Assembly (NCBI GenBank): GCA_012295275.1
Contig: CM022679.1
Coordinates: 30,752,001 to 30,816,000 of the forward strand
Reading direction: 5' to 3'
Length of the DNA: 64,000 nucleotides
Source: Chrysomallon squamiferum
Taxonomy: Eukaryota; Animalia; Mollusca
Made by a program: the position numbers and the translations under genes. Positions within the stretch are counted from its first letter, which is position 1. Each line of letters begins with the position of its first letter. Shown here in pieces: positions 43,515 through 56,100 of the stretch. The notes beneath the pieces are model-generated. The model was not told where the DNA came from. It did no database searches and saw only the letters and a program-made list of their open reading frames with translations.

Positions 43515-43889
43515 AATATGATCCATGACATCATATTGCCACATTTATCCCAGTGACTGTAGAAGATTTTAACCTAATATCGTAACATTGCTGTGTCTGT
43601 TATTAGTCTAACGATGTGCCATTATGCAGGTACTTCATTACCACTGATTTCCACCAACAGCAACTTCCGTGCCATCGATTTATAGGATAACCATCTGTCA
43701 ACTTTTCTTCCACACCTTGTCAACATCCACAAATGAGCCTCAGAATTAGTAAAAGGTTAAAAATGAAAAAGAGATTTTAAATTTTGATTTAAAGAATCTT
43801 TGTTTCTGTAGAAACCAAGATAAACTGCAGATTTAAGGAAGGTAAAAACAGAATTTTGGGTCCTATTGTAAAATTTAAATTGTAATTTG

Positions 43890-43924
<35 letters not shown>

Positions 43925-44542
43925 TCCTTTATTTATGTATGTGTGCATTTACAGTTCCATGTATAATGAGTATGTGTGTATATGCATATGTATGTAAGTG
44001 TGTGTTTCTGTGTATGTGTTTCTCTGTATGCATGCATTGTGTATATATATATGCATGTCTTTGTATTTTCTGTGTATCTGATGGTATGTACCTGTATATG
44101 TGTATTATCTACACATTATGCATCATTACTTGCAAATATTTTAAATCTTACAAATTATGGTTATTATTTGTTAACAATAAAATATCAAAAAAACTGTGAA
44201 CATAAAACCAGATCTATATACACACAGACATGTATGTTTGTACTTTGTCTCAGAGTCTGTTTACTTAGATCAATGACGAATATATTTGTTGCAATTGATT
44301 TTTTTTTTTAGTTTTGAAAAAATGATTCAGAACTTTTTGTCACAGAAAAAAGAAACAAGCCTATGGAGAAACTGAGAATGAAAACTACAAGTACTGAAAA
44401 GAAAAACTAAGAAAATATTAGAAAGTAAAATGTTAAGGTAAAAAGTAGTAAAGCAGAAAAAGTTAAGAAATAAAAATACAGTGTAAAAGGTAGAAAAACT
44501 ATATTATGAATGTATTTAGAAAAAACTGGAAAAGTTAGTTGC

Positions 44543-44584
<42 letters not shown>

Positions 44585-44671
44585 AATAGATAAATAAATA
44601 AATAAATAAATAAACCATGATAATGATAACTATCATATAACATTAAATTTCTCACATGTTTTTTTGAAATC

Positions 44672-44752
<81 letters not shown>

Positions 44753-45872
44753 GTTACATTGTAAAAAAAAAAAAAAAAAAATAAAAAGTATGAGGATAAA
44801 TAGAACTAAAACACTAGATGTAAAGAGATAAAATTGAAACTGTAAAATTCAGAAGAACAAAACGAACCAAGAATAAATTGATATATAAATTATAAAGCCT
44901 AATAAGTAAATAAATAAATAAATTGTTAAGGTCAAAATGCATAACTGTAATGTAAATTTATAATGGATAACTAAGAAAACGAAAAATTAAGAACTAATAA
45001 ATTATACAATGTAACACTTAAAAAATTAAAAAAATAAATAAATGAAGATTTTTAATTTTAATAAAACGTAAAATATAAAATATTAAAAAACAAAACAAAA
45101 ACCTAAAGAATTATAGTGTGAAGATATTTGTTTCTTTATTAATCTTAAGTACTTGAAGAAAAATATAAAACCCAGAAAACTGTAAAGATAAGAATATGGT
45201 ATTAAGACAACCTATAAAGTTATAAATAGATTGACAACTGTTCGATATAATACTTAGGGAAAAGAAAATCACAAATATTTCTAAAGTAACAAATAGTACA
45301 ATGTAAAACAGGAAACACAAAACTATGACGATTTCTAAAAAGTCGCAACTATTTTGTAAAATGTAACACTTAGAAAAACTAAACTGTGAAGATTTTAATT
45401 CAAGTAACAAACTGTAGGTATAAAACTACAGAAACAAATTAAGAAAGTTAGAACATATACAATGTAAAATCTCGAAAAGAACTTTGACTATGTTACTAAA
45501 CATTTGTTATGTGTATTGATAAATGAAGAAAACTGAACTGTCTAGAATTTTATGTTTTTAAATGTTTCGTTATAAAAATCTAGAGAAACAGACTATGAAA
45601 ATTTTGAGAAAATAACCCTGAGTACAAAGATAAGCCAAGAAGAAAACTTGGAATGTATTATTAATAAACAAATGTACAATGTAAAAATCCAGAAAAGAAA
45701 TATATATATATATATATTTGAATGTTAGTAAAAAATAGAAAAATTATAATATATAGCAGAACCACACTTTGAATATATTAATAGACAACTTAACAGTACA
45801 AAACATAGAAAAACAAAATTATAACCATTAAAAAACGTAATAAATAAAATAAAATAAAATTAAAAAGCCTAC

Positions 45873-46130
45873 CTCTTAGAACGTGAATTGGAAGTTGTAC
45901 TCAGGAAAGTAGTTTACAACATCGTCAAATCAATGAAATTTTTCCTTTCCACCAAACACTCAGTCATTGATCAACAGAGACATGAAAAGTCTAACCTCCC
46001 TCGTAACCATCGTCTGAGGGACATGGGGGAGGGATGCACCGATGAATCTACGTCACTACTACACACAGACCTTTTATTTCTCATCCTATTATTGGATGCC
46101 AGTAATAACCGGGGTCGACCAATCAAACGA
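45873..46130 (-). promoter_or_regulatory. Candidate SLC5A7 non-coding first exon and promoter
   Basis: Good - strand donor AAGAG|GTAGG at 45872/45871, at a sharp boundary between complex sequence and T-rich intron-like sequence. Upstream are a CRE-like TACGTCA (~46050) and two CCAAT boxes (~46091, ~46120). A 5'UTR exon is required because coding exon 1 has an acceptor. The TSS is not locatable. Confidence 0.4.
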
Positions 46131-47568
46131 GACTTTACAATCATAGCTCAACAAGAGAGGAGATTTATCACGATATTTACCATGGATGAAATACAGGATT
46201 TTTATTCTATATTCAGAATTTTTTTTATGGCAAATATTGGAGTTTTGACTGTAAGAAAATATAATAAAAACTAGATAATATCATCATGTTGTGATTCTGT
46301 TTTCAATGGATTCTATAAATAGAAATTTTGGAGTAAAGTTTGGAAATGTAGAAATTTTGATTTGACAGTTACAGGCAGTCTCCAAGTAAATGGGGAAAAG
46401 GATATTTGAGTAAATATTTTTCTGGTCTGGTTTTTATAATGAAATGTTGATCTGCTGTGCACAGCATAAGTTTAGAAGAGTGGTAAAAAATATTTTTTAT
46501 ATATATATTAAAACAACAAGTATTGTAGAGAATAAGGGGAAAAAATTAAAAGAAGAGAAATGATGAAAAAATAAAAATAAGAAAATGGAATTTAAAAAGT
46601 GAAGGAATGAGTTACAGAAGAGAAATAAAAGGAAAATAAAAATAAAAATTAATCAAAGAAGGAAAAGAAAATGAAAGAAAGAAGAAAAGTAATAATCAAT
46701 GAAACGAATGTATATATAAAAAAAGTAATGTAATTTACTAAACTACAATAAATACGTAACTCAAAACAATTAGTAATATAATAAGTTATATATCAGTTCA
46801 TATAATTTAGAAATGTTATTTATAAACATGATATTTAAGGAGATAAAAAGAATCTAATAAATTAGAAAGCAAAGAAAAGCTAATAATAGAGAGAAAGAAA
46901 TTATTTTTTTATTTTATTTATTTTATTTATTTTTTTTTTTTTATTATTATTTTTTTTTTAATGTCTGCGAGTTGAAAAAAAAAGAATGGAAAAAGAAAGT
47001 TATTTTCTATACATTATTTTCAAAACCATTCTGTTGTACAGAAATAGTTTGTTTTAAAATATCATATAAATATCAGTAGATTCTCTACATTCTAAAAACA
47101 GCTCTAAACTCACGTAATACATTTTTAATAGAATTATGTAAATATCGTTTTAATATATATTACTATATTAAAAAAAATGTCAGTTCCATGACAGAAATTA
47201 AATCTGTGTACAGATATATATGTAATATTAACGTGTCTGTATATGTACATGTGTATGCATGTATTGATGTACCTATATATAAATTATATTTATTTGTACA
47301 TGAGTATGAGTTTGTGAAATTTCACTGATAATTATTTTAATCCATTTCCTATTATCTTTTACCATCATCATACACTTAAAATAAAATAAAATTGTCTTGT
47401 TCATAATTATTTATGTCAATTCATTACTTTTTTTTTTTTTCATTAGTTTTAAACATTATTTTATTATTATTATTATTTTCTATTTATTTATTTTTTTGTT
47501 TTTTTTTTTTCTTTTTTTTTTAAAGTTTATGTTTTCTTTAAATCCTTTTTTTTTTCATAACTGATTTA

Positions 47569-47605
<37 letters not shown>

Positions 47606-48186
47606 CTTTTCTTTTCCTAAATAAACAAATATACAAGCCACAAAACTTCCCTGCTCAAAGCAACTGACAATCAAATACTTTTATACAAATTAAAAATCAA
47701 AATCACTAAAATAAATATAAAGCTATCTTCTGTGAGTAATTTCCTCCCTGCAACGAGCTCACTAACTACCAACAATAACGAACTTGCATCTGTACAAACC
47801 AATATCACTTTGTTTCAAACACCGACTGACAACAAGAACACAATGACAAGAACTTCTATAATGCATCATGGAAGGAATATGCCTTTGAAATTACTTTTCC
47901 AATTTGCTCTAAATTTCTCCACAGTGGACTCTTATCAATTTCCGAACAAATAAAATTACATCCTGGCTCCAGAGAGACTGACTTGTTTGAACCCGATGAA
48001 GTCGCAGACTGGATTTAGCAGCATTGATAAGTTGCTGTAGAATCAGAGTGGTGCAGAATTGAGATGTTTAGTTGACTAAATTCCATTATCCAGTTTTACA
48101 TTTGTCACGATGAATTGACTTCACATGCAACGCTATTTCTTACGACTTTAACACTGGAGTAGTATCTTTGTAAATGTAGCTATGTC

Positions 48187-48282
<96 letters not shown>

Positions 48283-48665
48283 TACAACAACAACAACAAC
48301 AGTAATAATAATAATAAGAAGAAGAAAAGCAGTAATTCCACAAGAATTACCACCATTACTATTTCTGTAGTAGTAGTAGAAATAGCTATAATAGTAACTG
48401 TAGCAGTAGTAGTGGTGGTGGTAGTAATAAACGTAGTAGCAGAGGTAGTAATATTGGTAGCACAATTAATACTTCTGTCATTACTATTATTTGTATAATT
48501 TTCTTTCATTACTGCAATTGCTACTGCAACTACTCCGATCACAATTACTATGTCTACTACTGCTATTACTGCAGTTACTACTATCACCATTACTACTGAT
48601 ATCAGAACCATCACCACTACTACTACCACTATTAATTCTACCACTATTACTGCTGCTGCTGCTAC
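48187..48665. repeat. Trinucleotide low-complexity tract (AAT/AAC/TAG/TAC)
   Basis: Directly visible; source of several spurious ORFs. Confidence 0.85.
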
Positions 48666-49949
48666 ACAGTTTAATTTTGTTTGCCATATAAAGATGAATT
48701 AACAAAACGTGTTCCTTCATTTAATAGCAAACATGGATTAATGTAATGTGTTATCATAGTAACGTCCCGCAAACATTGGATGACAAGACCAGTGGAGAAA
48801 CTATCTAAAAGAAAATGAGAAATATTGGCTTAAAGTAAACAAAAAAAAAAAATAAAATAAATAAAAAAATTAAATTGGCAAAAAGATAAAAGAATAGAAA
48901 TATAATAAAACAGAATATAGCTATATATAACAAAATATATAATGAAATAAAATAAACCAAAATAAAATAAAATTAATTAATTTACAACATAAAAAAAAGA
49001 ATTAAATTAACAAACAAAAAATAAATTAATTATTAAATAACAATAACAATGACAATAACAACAACAACAATAATAATAATAATATATAAATAACTAAATA
49101 AAATAAATAAATATATGATGATAATATCAATAAAATAAAATATGTAAAATGAACCAATAAATAATAAAATTAATTTGAAATAAAACAACATCTTTTTCTC
49201 AGCCGCATTCCACCCTATCCCACACATTCTCATCAAACATACTGGTGTCTGTCTGTCTGTGCGTAAATTCTTCTCTTTCTCTCGCTATCAGTAGTAGCAT
49301 CATATATCAAGCCTCAAAACGTCTTCACACCATCAATTGCCCTTGTTAGTTACCACGGCAACCATTACAGTGTGTGCATTTGAGGAAGAACCAATTTTTG
49401 TCCCAATCCATATTTTCTATTGAAAAGCACACAAACATCATGTTCACTTTGAGGGATACAAATGGCCGACGATGTCTGAGACCGTGGCAGATAAATATCG
49501 AGTTGTGATCAAGTTTTCTGCGGCTCCATTGAAATCGCGGCTTGGTGGTAATAGACTCTAACAGGATTTGAGGATTTCACTAACGAGTTGCGCTTTATAG
49601 CGTTAATTAATGTTCTCAGATATTTGTCATGTTCCGTACTTTGCGAGCTGCCATTAACTGAATACTAAAATGTGTGTGCGTGTATGTATGGATAGATGGA
49701 TGGATGGACGTACATGTTCTAAAGCGTGTTTGTGTGTGTTTATGTGTGTATGTGTTTTTATAGGTGTATTTTTGTTTGTATCTATGTAATTACATTTTTA
49801 TAATTAAGCATTCCTAATTAATAACTAAAACCATATTTTCTTATTATTATTATTATTATTAAAGATTTAAGTGAAGATTACAGTCATTTTAACAAAATAA
49901 AATAACCTAATTTCGTTTTCCTTAATTTTGATTTTAATGATTTCTGTTA

Positions 49950-50160
49950 ATCACGTATATTTAACAACACACTGAATTTTTCAGTATTTATTATTGGTAT
50001 CTGTTATACTGGGTTTTTTTTGTAAAGATGGTAAGTGGTAGGACTCCTACTGACAGCATCCTATATGTTTTATTTAGAAGCAAGAGTTCTTTTACGTTCA
50101 CAGAGAAGACAATATATAGATCATCTTTGATCAAGCAGTTGTGGAATACTTCAGTGGAAT
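49950..50160 (+). mobile_element. Decayed copy of the same interspersed repeat
   Basis: TTAGAAGCAAGAGTTCTTTTACGTTCACAGA...CTTTGATCAAGCAGTTGTGGAATACT shows similarity by eye to 38743-38830. Confidence 0.4.
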
Positions 50161-50916
50161 ATAAATGAACTGGGATTCTTACATGGTAGTGAAATATGTA
50201 TTTAATTATTTGAAAATAATTATTTAGTCATTGAGATCATGTACAAATCAGAGGAAACAAGCCAAGTGAGTTGTTTTTCCTTTCGTTAAGCTTAGTGTAT
50301 CCTTTATGTTCTCTGTTCCACAGAAAAGTTTGTCAAAATTTGTTATATTAATGTGTAGCATAAGCATTAATAAGAAATAGGATATTAAGTAGAGGGTGAT
50401 CTTATATGAAGCACTCGTAAGACAAATACTTTACCATTAAACTACGATTCTTAAACAATCTGTGAGCAGGATTGATCTTATGACCCGCGGCCTATCATAT
50501 AACGTCTCCAACCACTTATTAATCAGATGCTTTACACTAAAACCTAACGAGATTAAATGCCGAATCATACATATGCCATATCACATTTCCCTTTAGATTT
50601 CTACATGTGAAATTCAGCAAATGTGTTAATCAAAAACCTAATGCAATTCGGCACCAAACAACAGCGAACGTAAATAGCCTGGACGTTTCTCTCGAGATTA
50701 TCAACTCCCACTCAAATTAATCCACTCAACTAATTAGCGACAGATAAGCAGAGCACTCAGAAAGCGCTTGACTGTCGAGAGTTTCAGCTCTCGCATCTTA
50801 TCTACGAACGATTTTACTGCCCCTGAAAAAAATAATAAAAAGTAGTTAAGTCTAAAATGTTTCAATTCCTACGAGAGAATTGATCTAGTAACAGTAGCGT
50901 GATGACAAAACAGAAG

Positions 50917-51032
50917 ACCGGAAATAGACGCGCTGCAACCGGAAACAATAAGACGCTTTGAAACGCAGGCACTCGAAGCAATCAATTATAACACTGACAA
51001 CAACATGGGGAGTTGTGTGTGCAGATGGCTAC
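50917..51032 (+). other. Candidate promoter and first exon of an unannotated + strand gene
   Basis: Two ETS-type ACCGGAA motifs (50917, 50938), CpG-containing sequence, caacATGG start at 51005 encoding MGSCVCRWL, then a possible donor C|GTAAGG. Confidence 0.35.
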
Positions 51033-53143
51033 GTAAGGGAATGGCAGAAGTCAAAAGTCACGTCTTTTGTAAATTTAAAACAGTCGTTCACAGCGGTGTT
51101 AATTGGAGAAAATTGTAACAAATGACCTACAATTGATTTTACAAGAATACTTAATGAAATAGTCAGCGGTTTTTGGGGTGTTTGTGGGTGTGAATTGTGA
51201 ATTTAGTTGTTTTGGGTCCATTAATAATTCAGAACAATTATAATAGAAAATTGTTATTCTAAATCAGAGGTGAATTTGTAATATCAACAAGTAGAGAATA
51301 ATTCTTTCAAAAATATATTGAACTTCGGGATGGGCCATTACAAGTCACATTTAAGTTGGAACGCCAGGACTTTTTACAAATTAATAATTTAAATAGAATT
51401 TGCACAATTCCACGATCGCAAGTTTAATTGGCTGTAATACAAAAATGTTATTACCGTTTGTTTTGGGGTTTTTTAATTCTTGAATTAAGTTTTCCAAGTT
51501 ATTTATGAAATGTTTGGGTTTTTTTTTTTTTTTGTTGTTGTTTTTATTTATCTTTACTTTGATATTTCAGCTTCGTTTTAATTATTATAATTCTAGAATT
51601 TACTGAATACCTCAGCAAAATGTAACAAGAAAAAAAGAAGAAAAAGAAAAGAAAATCTTTTCTCTCAAGTAATAGTGCAGCCTTGAGAGAAACTGAAAAA
51701 TTGAAATCAAAATGGAACCATAAATGCATGTACCATTATTTTGTCTTTTATATTGATATCTGCTGTTAGTGTGATTAAATAGTGTATTCTCAAGCTCTTA
51801 AACAAATTGGCAGTAGATGTCACCATGTATTTGAAACATCATCACCAATGTTGCTATTTATGGCAATGTTGATTCATTTGCTGATATCAACCTTGGTGAG
51901 TTTATTGGTGAAGTTTGGTTTGGATAGTTTACTGATATGAGGTATAGTCAGTCACAAATTATTTATTTACTTTTTATTTTTATACTTATTTGTTATAAAT
52001 TTATTTTTATTTATTTATTTATTTATTTTATTTCATTTCATTTTATTCCATTTGTTTATTTAAGTAATTAATTATTTTATTTTATTTTATTTTATTTAAA
52101 AGCAATCAAACAGTTGTGCAATGCAAAATCACAAATTAATGAAAATTAACTTAAAAACGTTTGGTCTGATTTACCGAAAACTCTGATTTCTCAAACTGAT
52201 TACTGGCCAGCACAAATGTTCAGGGAATAGAAATGGATTAAATGAGATAAGCTACAGATGATGTGGGATAAAGTGAAGATGATGGAAATAACATAGGATA
52301 GATCCATCGTGATCTGGGTTACAAAACTGAGATTATCTGGGATGGCATAGTGGATTACTCCAGTAATAAAAAGGACTCTCTTCAATTAAATCGTCACAAA
52401 ATATGTTGCTATGAAACAATAAATCATTGAAATGCTTGCAATAAATAAATGACTCTATCATCATCTCGTACAAAAATTCAATAATCAAAGAATGAGAAAA
52501 AAAGAAAAAAAGAACCCTGAATGGTGAACAAAATACCACTGTGGCTGTGTCTTCGAGTCATTTGTGAAACAAATCTTTCACACGCTGTCTGTTGTAGACT
52601 ACTTAATTAACAATTTATGATCTGCAAACAGAGAAAGGAGCAACTTAGGAAATTGAATGGGTGATATGCCCATGCCTCATTCTCACTTCTATTGATTATT
52701 TTATTTTTACTTTTTTCATTATTTTTATTATTAGTGTTAGTATATTAATTATTTTATTCTATTATTATATGTAATTATTACATTATCTGTATGGTTATTT
52801 TTATTTTTTTATATTAATTTTTTTTTCTTATACTTTTTTTAATATTTGTGATTTTAGTTATTTATTTATTTATTATTACTAATATTTTTTTATTATTATT
52901 ATTTTTTTAATCATACTATTTATAATGTAGTTTTAAAATATTTTATAAAGTTGTCCAATTTTTACTTATTTTGTTTTCTTTTTTTTTCTTGTTTTTAATT
53001 CAGTTAAATTGCCTAAATTACTTTCCATACTCTTCTGTTATTACATTTATTGATTGGTTATTGGATCTTTTAAAAAATATTGGAGGATGTTTTCTGTAAT
53101 TTTTTCTTTTTTGTTTTGTTTTTGTGTATTTTTTATTTTTATT

Positions 53144-53179
<36 letters not shown>

Positions 53180-56100
53180 TTTATTTTTTTTTCATTATAT
53201 TTGTATATTTTTCTACCAAGAGATGAATATGCACTTAAGCAGTCAGATTTAACTGGATTTATTTTTACATCAAATAAATACATTTAAGATTATAAATCTT
53301 CAGTGTATGGAAATGTTTTATCACAAGGAAAAAAAAATGTTACCAAACCAATATTAGAAGTTTGAGTAAACATGGGGGAAAAAAATATGATTTTGTGTTC
53401 TGAATTTGATTTATATATCAGCCCAAAAAAAATGATTGTCAATATAACCTTTTCAAGTGAATCCTTATTCTAAATCCTTTGCAAATTTAAAATAAAATTA
53501 AAATGGGTAAATTCATTACAGCATTCAGTAAGAAAGATAAAAAATACCAAAAAATAAAAATATAGATGATCTTCAAAAAAATCGTAAACTATTAAATATT
53601 TGAATGTGGAAAAATTTTATTTCATTTCTAGACCTTGATTGAGAGTAAATTTGGTGTCTGACTGTTTTGCTAAATTGTAATATCTCCTGAAAAAGAACAA
53701 TTTTATGTCCCTGCCTTTTATGTTTATTTAATTTCTTGAAGATGAGAGGTTAGAGAAAATATCACATCTTAATAAAACTATGGGGAAAAAAGTCTGTTTA
53801 AGTTTGCATGCAGATACTTACAGATTCAGCACTGTTGTGTGAGATTGTTTGCCCAATTCATAAACGTTCTGTGAATTAAATTTCCTCTGTATGTCTACAG
53901 GATGGTGTGACAGAAACTCAATTTACTGTCTAAGGAACAGAACACAGTACATGGTCAGAAACAGTTAACTTCAGCTAGAAAAAGTTAAATTTTTGAACTC
54001 CCTTAGCAAAAAACAAAGTACAGTTCCAGAAGATACCAAGGAAAGAAATTTGTAGAGATTTTATTTTACCTCGGAAACAATGAACAATAGCAAGATAAAC
54101 TCCAGTTTGTAGAACTGTCTTGGCAAAACCAGAGTCCACTTCTAGAAGAGATCAAGGAAAGTCCACTTGTAGAGATTTTTCTTGAGCTGTTAAAGTTTTA
54201 AAAAGTCCAGTTATACCAGGATAATTCCAAATGTTGAACAGTTATAACATGAAAAGAACAGAACATAAAAAATACTAGTTACAGTAAGCAAAGGCCTGTT
54301 TCCAGAATAGTCAGAACAACAGAAATCCTGTTACAGAATAATTATTGTCACAGTTGTAGTTGACAGGTTCTTTTTGTTATAATTCTAGTCGAAGCACTGG
54401 TCCAGTTGCAGTTGTAGAAATGAATGTATTGCTGGACAGAGCAGAACAGCTGAGATGTAGTAATATGAAAACAAGTTGAAGCAGAAGCAGCAAGAAATAG
54501 TCTGGTTAGATGTAGTGAGGAAATGTACAGCTAAAATTTAAATATTCACCATTTCCAGAAAGTTGTGATTCGTCGAGAACCAAATTATACATCGATCTCT
54601 TCTAATTGCCAGTGTTTCCTGCAATCATGACATCTATTCTTCAGTTTCAAATATTGAGATTGAAAAAAAAAATGAAAAAACAAAAAACAAAATCAAAATT
54701 CACTGACTTGATGACATATTCTTAGAGCAGAAAAAAAAAAAACCCAGATCTGTCATGATGCTGAAATTATATCTGTTTTTCTCCATTACCATTTCATCAA
54801 ATTTTTATTTGAAAAAAAAAATCTCTTTTCATACCGTTCCAATTATAAATGTCAAAAAATATCTAACTCATAAAATATTTAAAAAGCAAAACTGAAGTCC
54901 AAATATAACACTCCCTTTTTTCCAATAGGGCAATAAGAAGTTTATTGATGATGTTATTACTAATTGCTGGAGCAAGATCAGTAACCGCGAACCCTTGATA
55001 AATTTGTTCTGTGTACAAGTGTAGGAGTTTGTCCAATATTTCCTTCTCCGAGTGGGTAAGTGTTTGATCTTGGCAAAATAAAATCAATGGCTGCGCTGTC
55101 GGGAAAGTAAAGATTGTTAAAATGCTTGCTCATGTGTGCATGTCGGTGGCGATGAAAAATAATATAATGTCATATAAAAACACCTGCTCCTTGGCAAGTA
55201 GACTGGTGCAAAAAGACAAACACTTGAGACTGAATAACAGTCAATATGGAGGTTGTCAGAGAATGTGTGAGATGGTTCAAGAATATATATATATATATAT
55301 TTTTTTTTTTTAACCTACAATTTTTATTTTTATTATTTGTTTGTTTATCGTATTTATTTATTTATTTATTTATTATTATTATTATGATTATTATTATTAA
55401 TGAAAGGTACTTAGGTAGCTATTAAATAATCTGTATGGCCTTGATTTAATAGTCCAATTAGTTTTTCTAAATTTCTCTTCAATTTGTATTTAAATATATT
55501 ATTAAAAAAATAAATAGTAACAACAACAACAACAAAAATACTTACTTGTATATAACAACTATTATTATGTGTCCAGGATGTGGAATTTTTAAAAGATATT
55601 TTTAGAGAGCAAATGGTAGATGCATACAATAACATTAACACACATTAATGTTATTGTTTCAGCAAACTATAGTCTGAAAATAAAATCCAAAGCTTAATTA
55701 AAAATACATTATCGCACAGCAAATCTTTACTGTTGCCTAATACCCAAATATGGATATACTTTTTGAATTAGGGTATTCTTTTACATTCATTCAGTGACTA
55801 ATACAATATATAGATATATATTGATCAAATTAAAATCCACATATGGTAAAAATAGATATTTTTGGTGTATCTACCAAACAAGACCATGTAAACCAAACAT
55901 CTACGTATATGTATATAGATATCTTTGTATATTTGTATATCAAAACATAGATATTTACATATGTACAGTGTTCTGGAGATCACTTAGTAGATTTTGTTTT
56001 GTTACAAAATATAGTTTGATAATACAGTGATAACAGAGTAACTGGAAAAAGTAATCACCTTCCTAGTTTCATTATTGTATCAAATTTATTCTTTTTTTTT

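Noticed and set aside
45888-46274. 128-aa + strand ORF
   Set aside because: TTG start, no recognisable domain or splice context, and it overlaps the presumptive - strand promoter.
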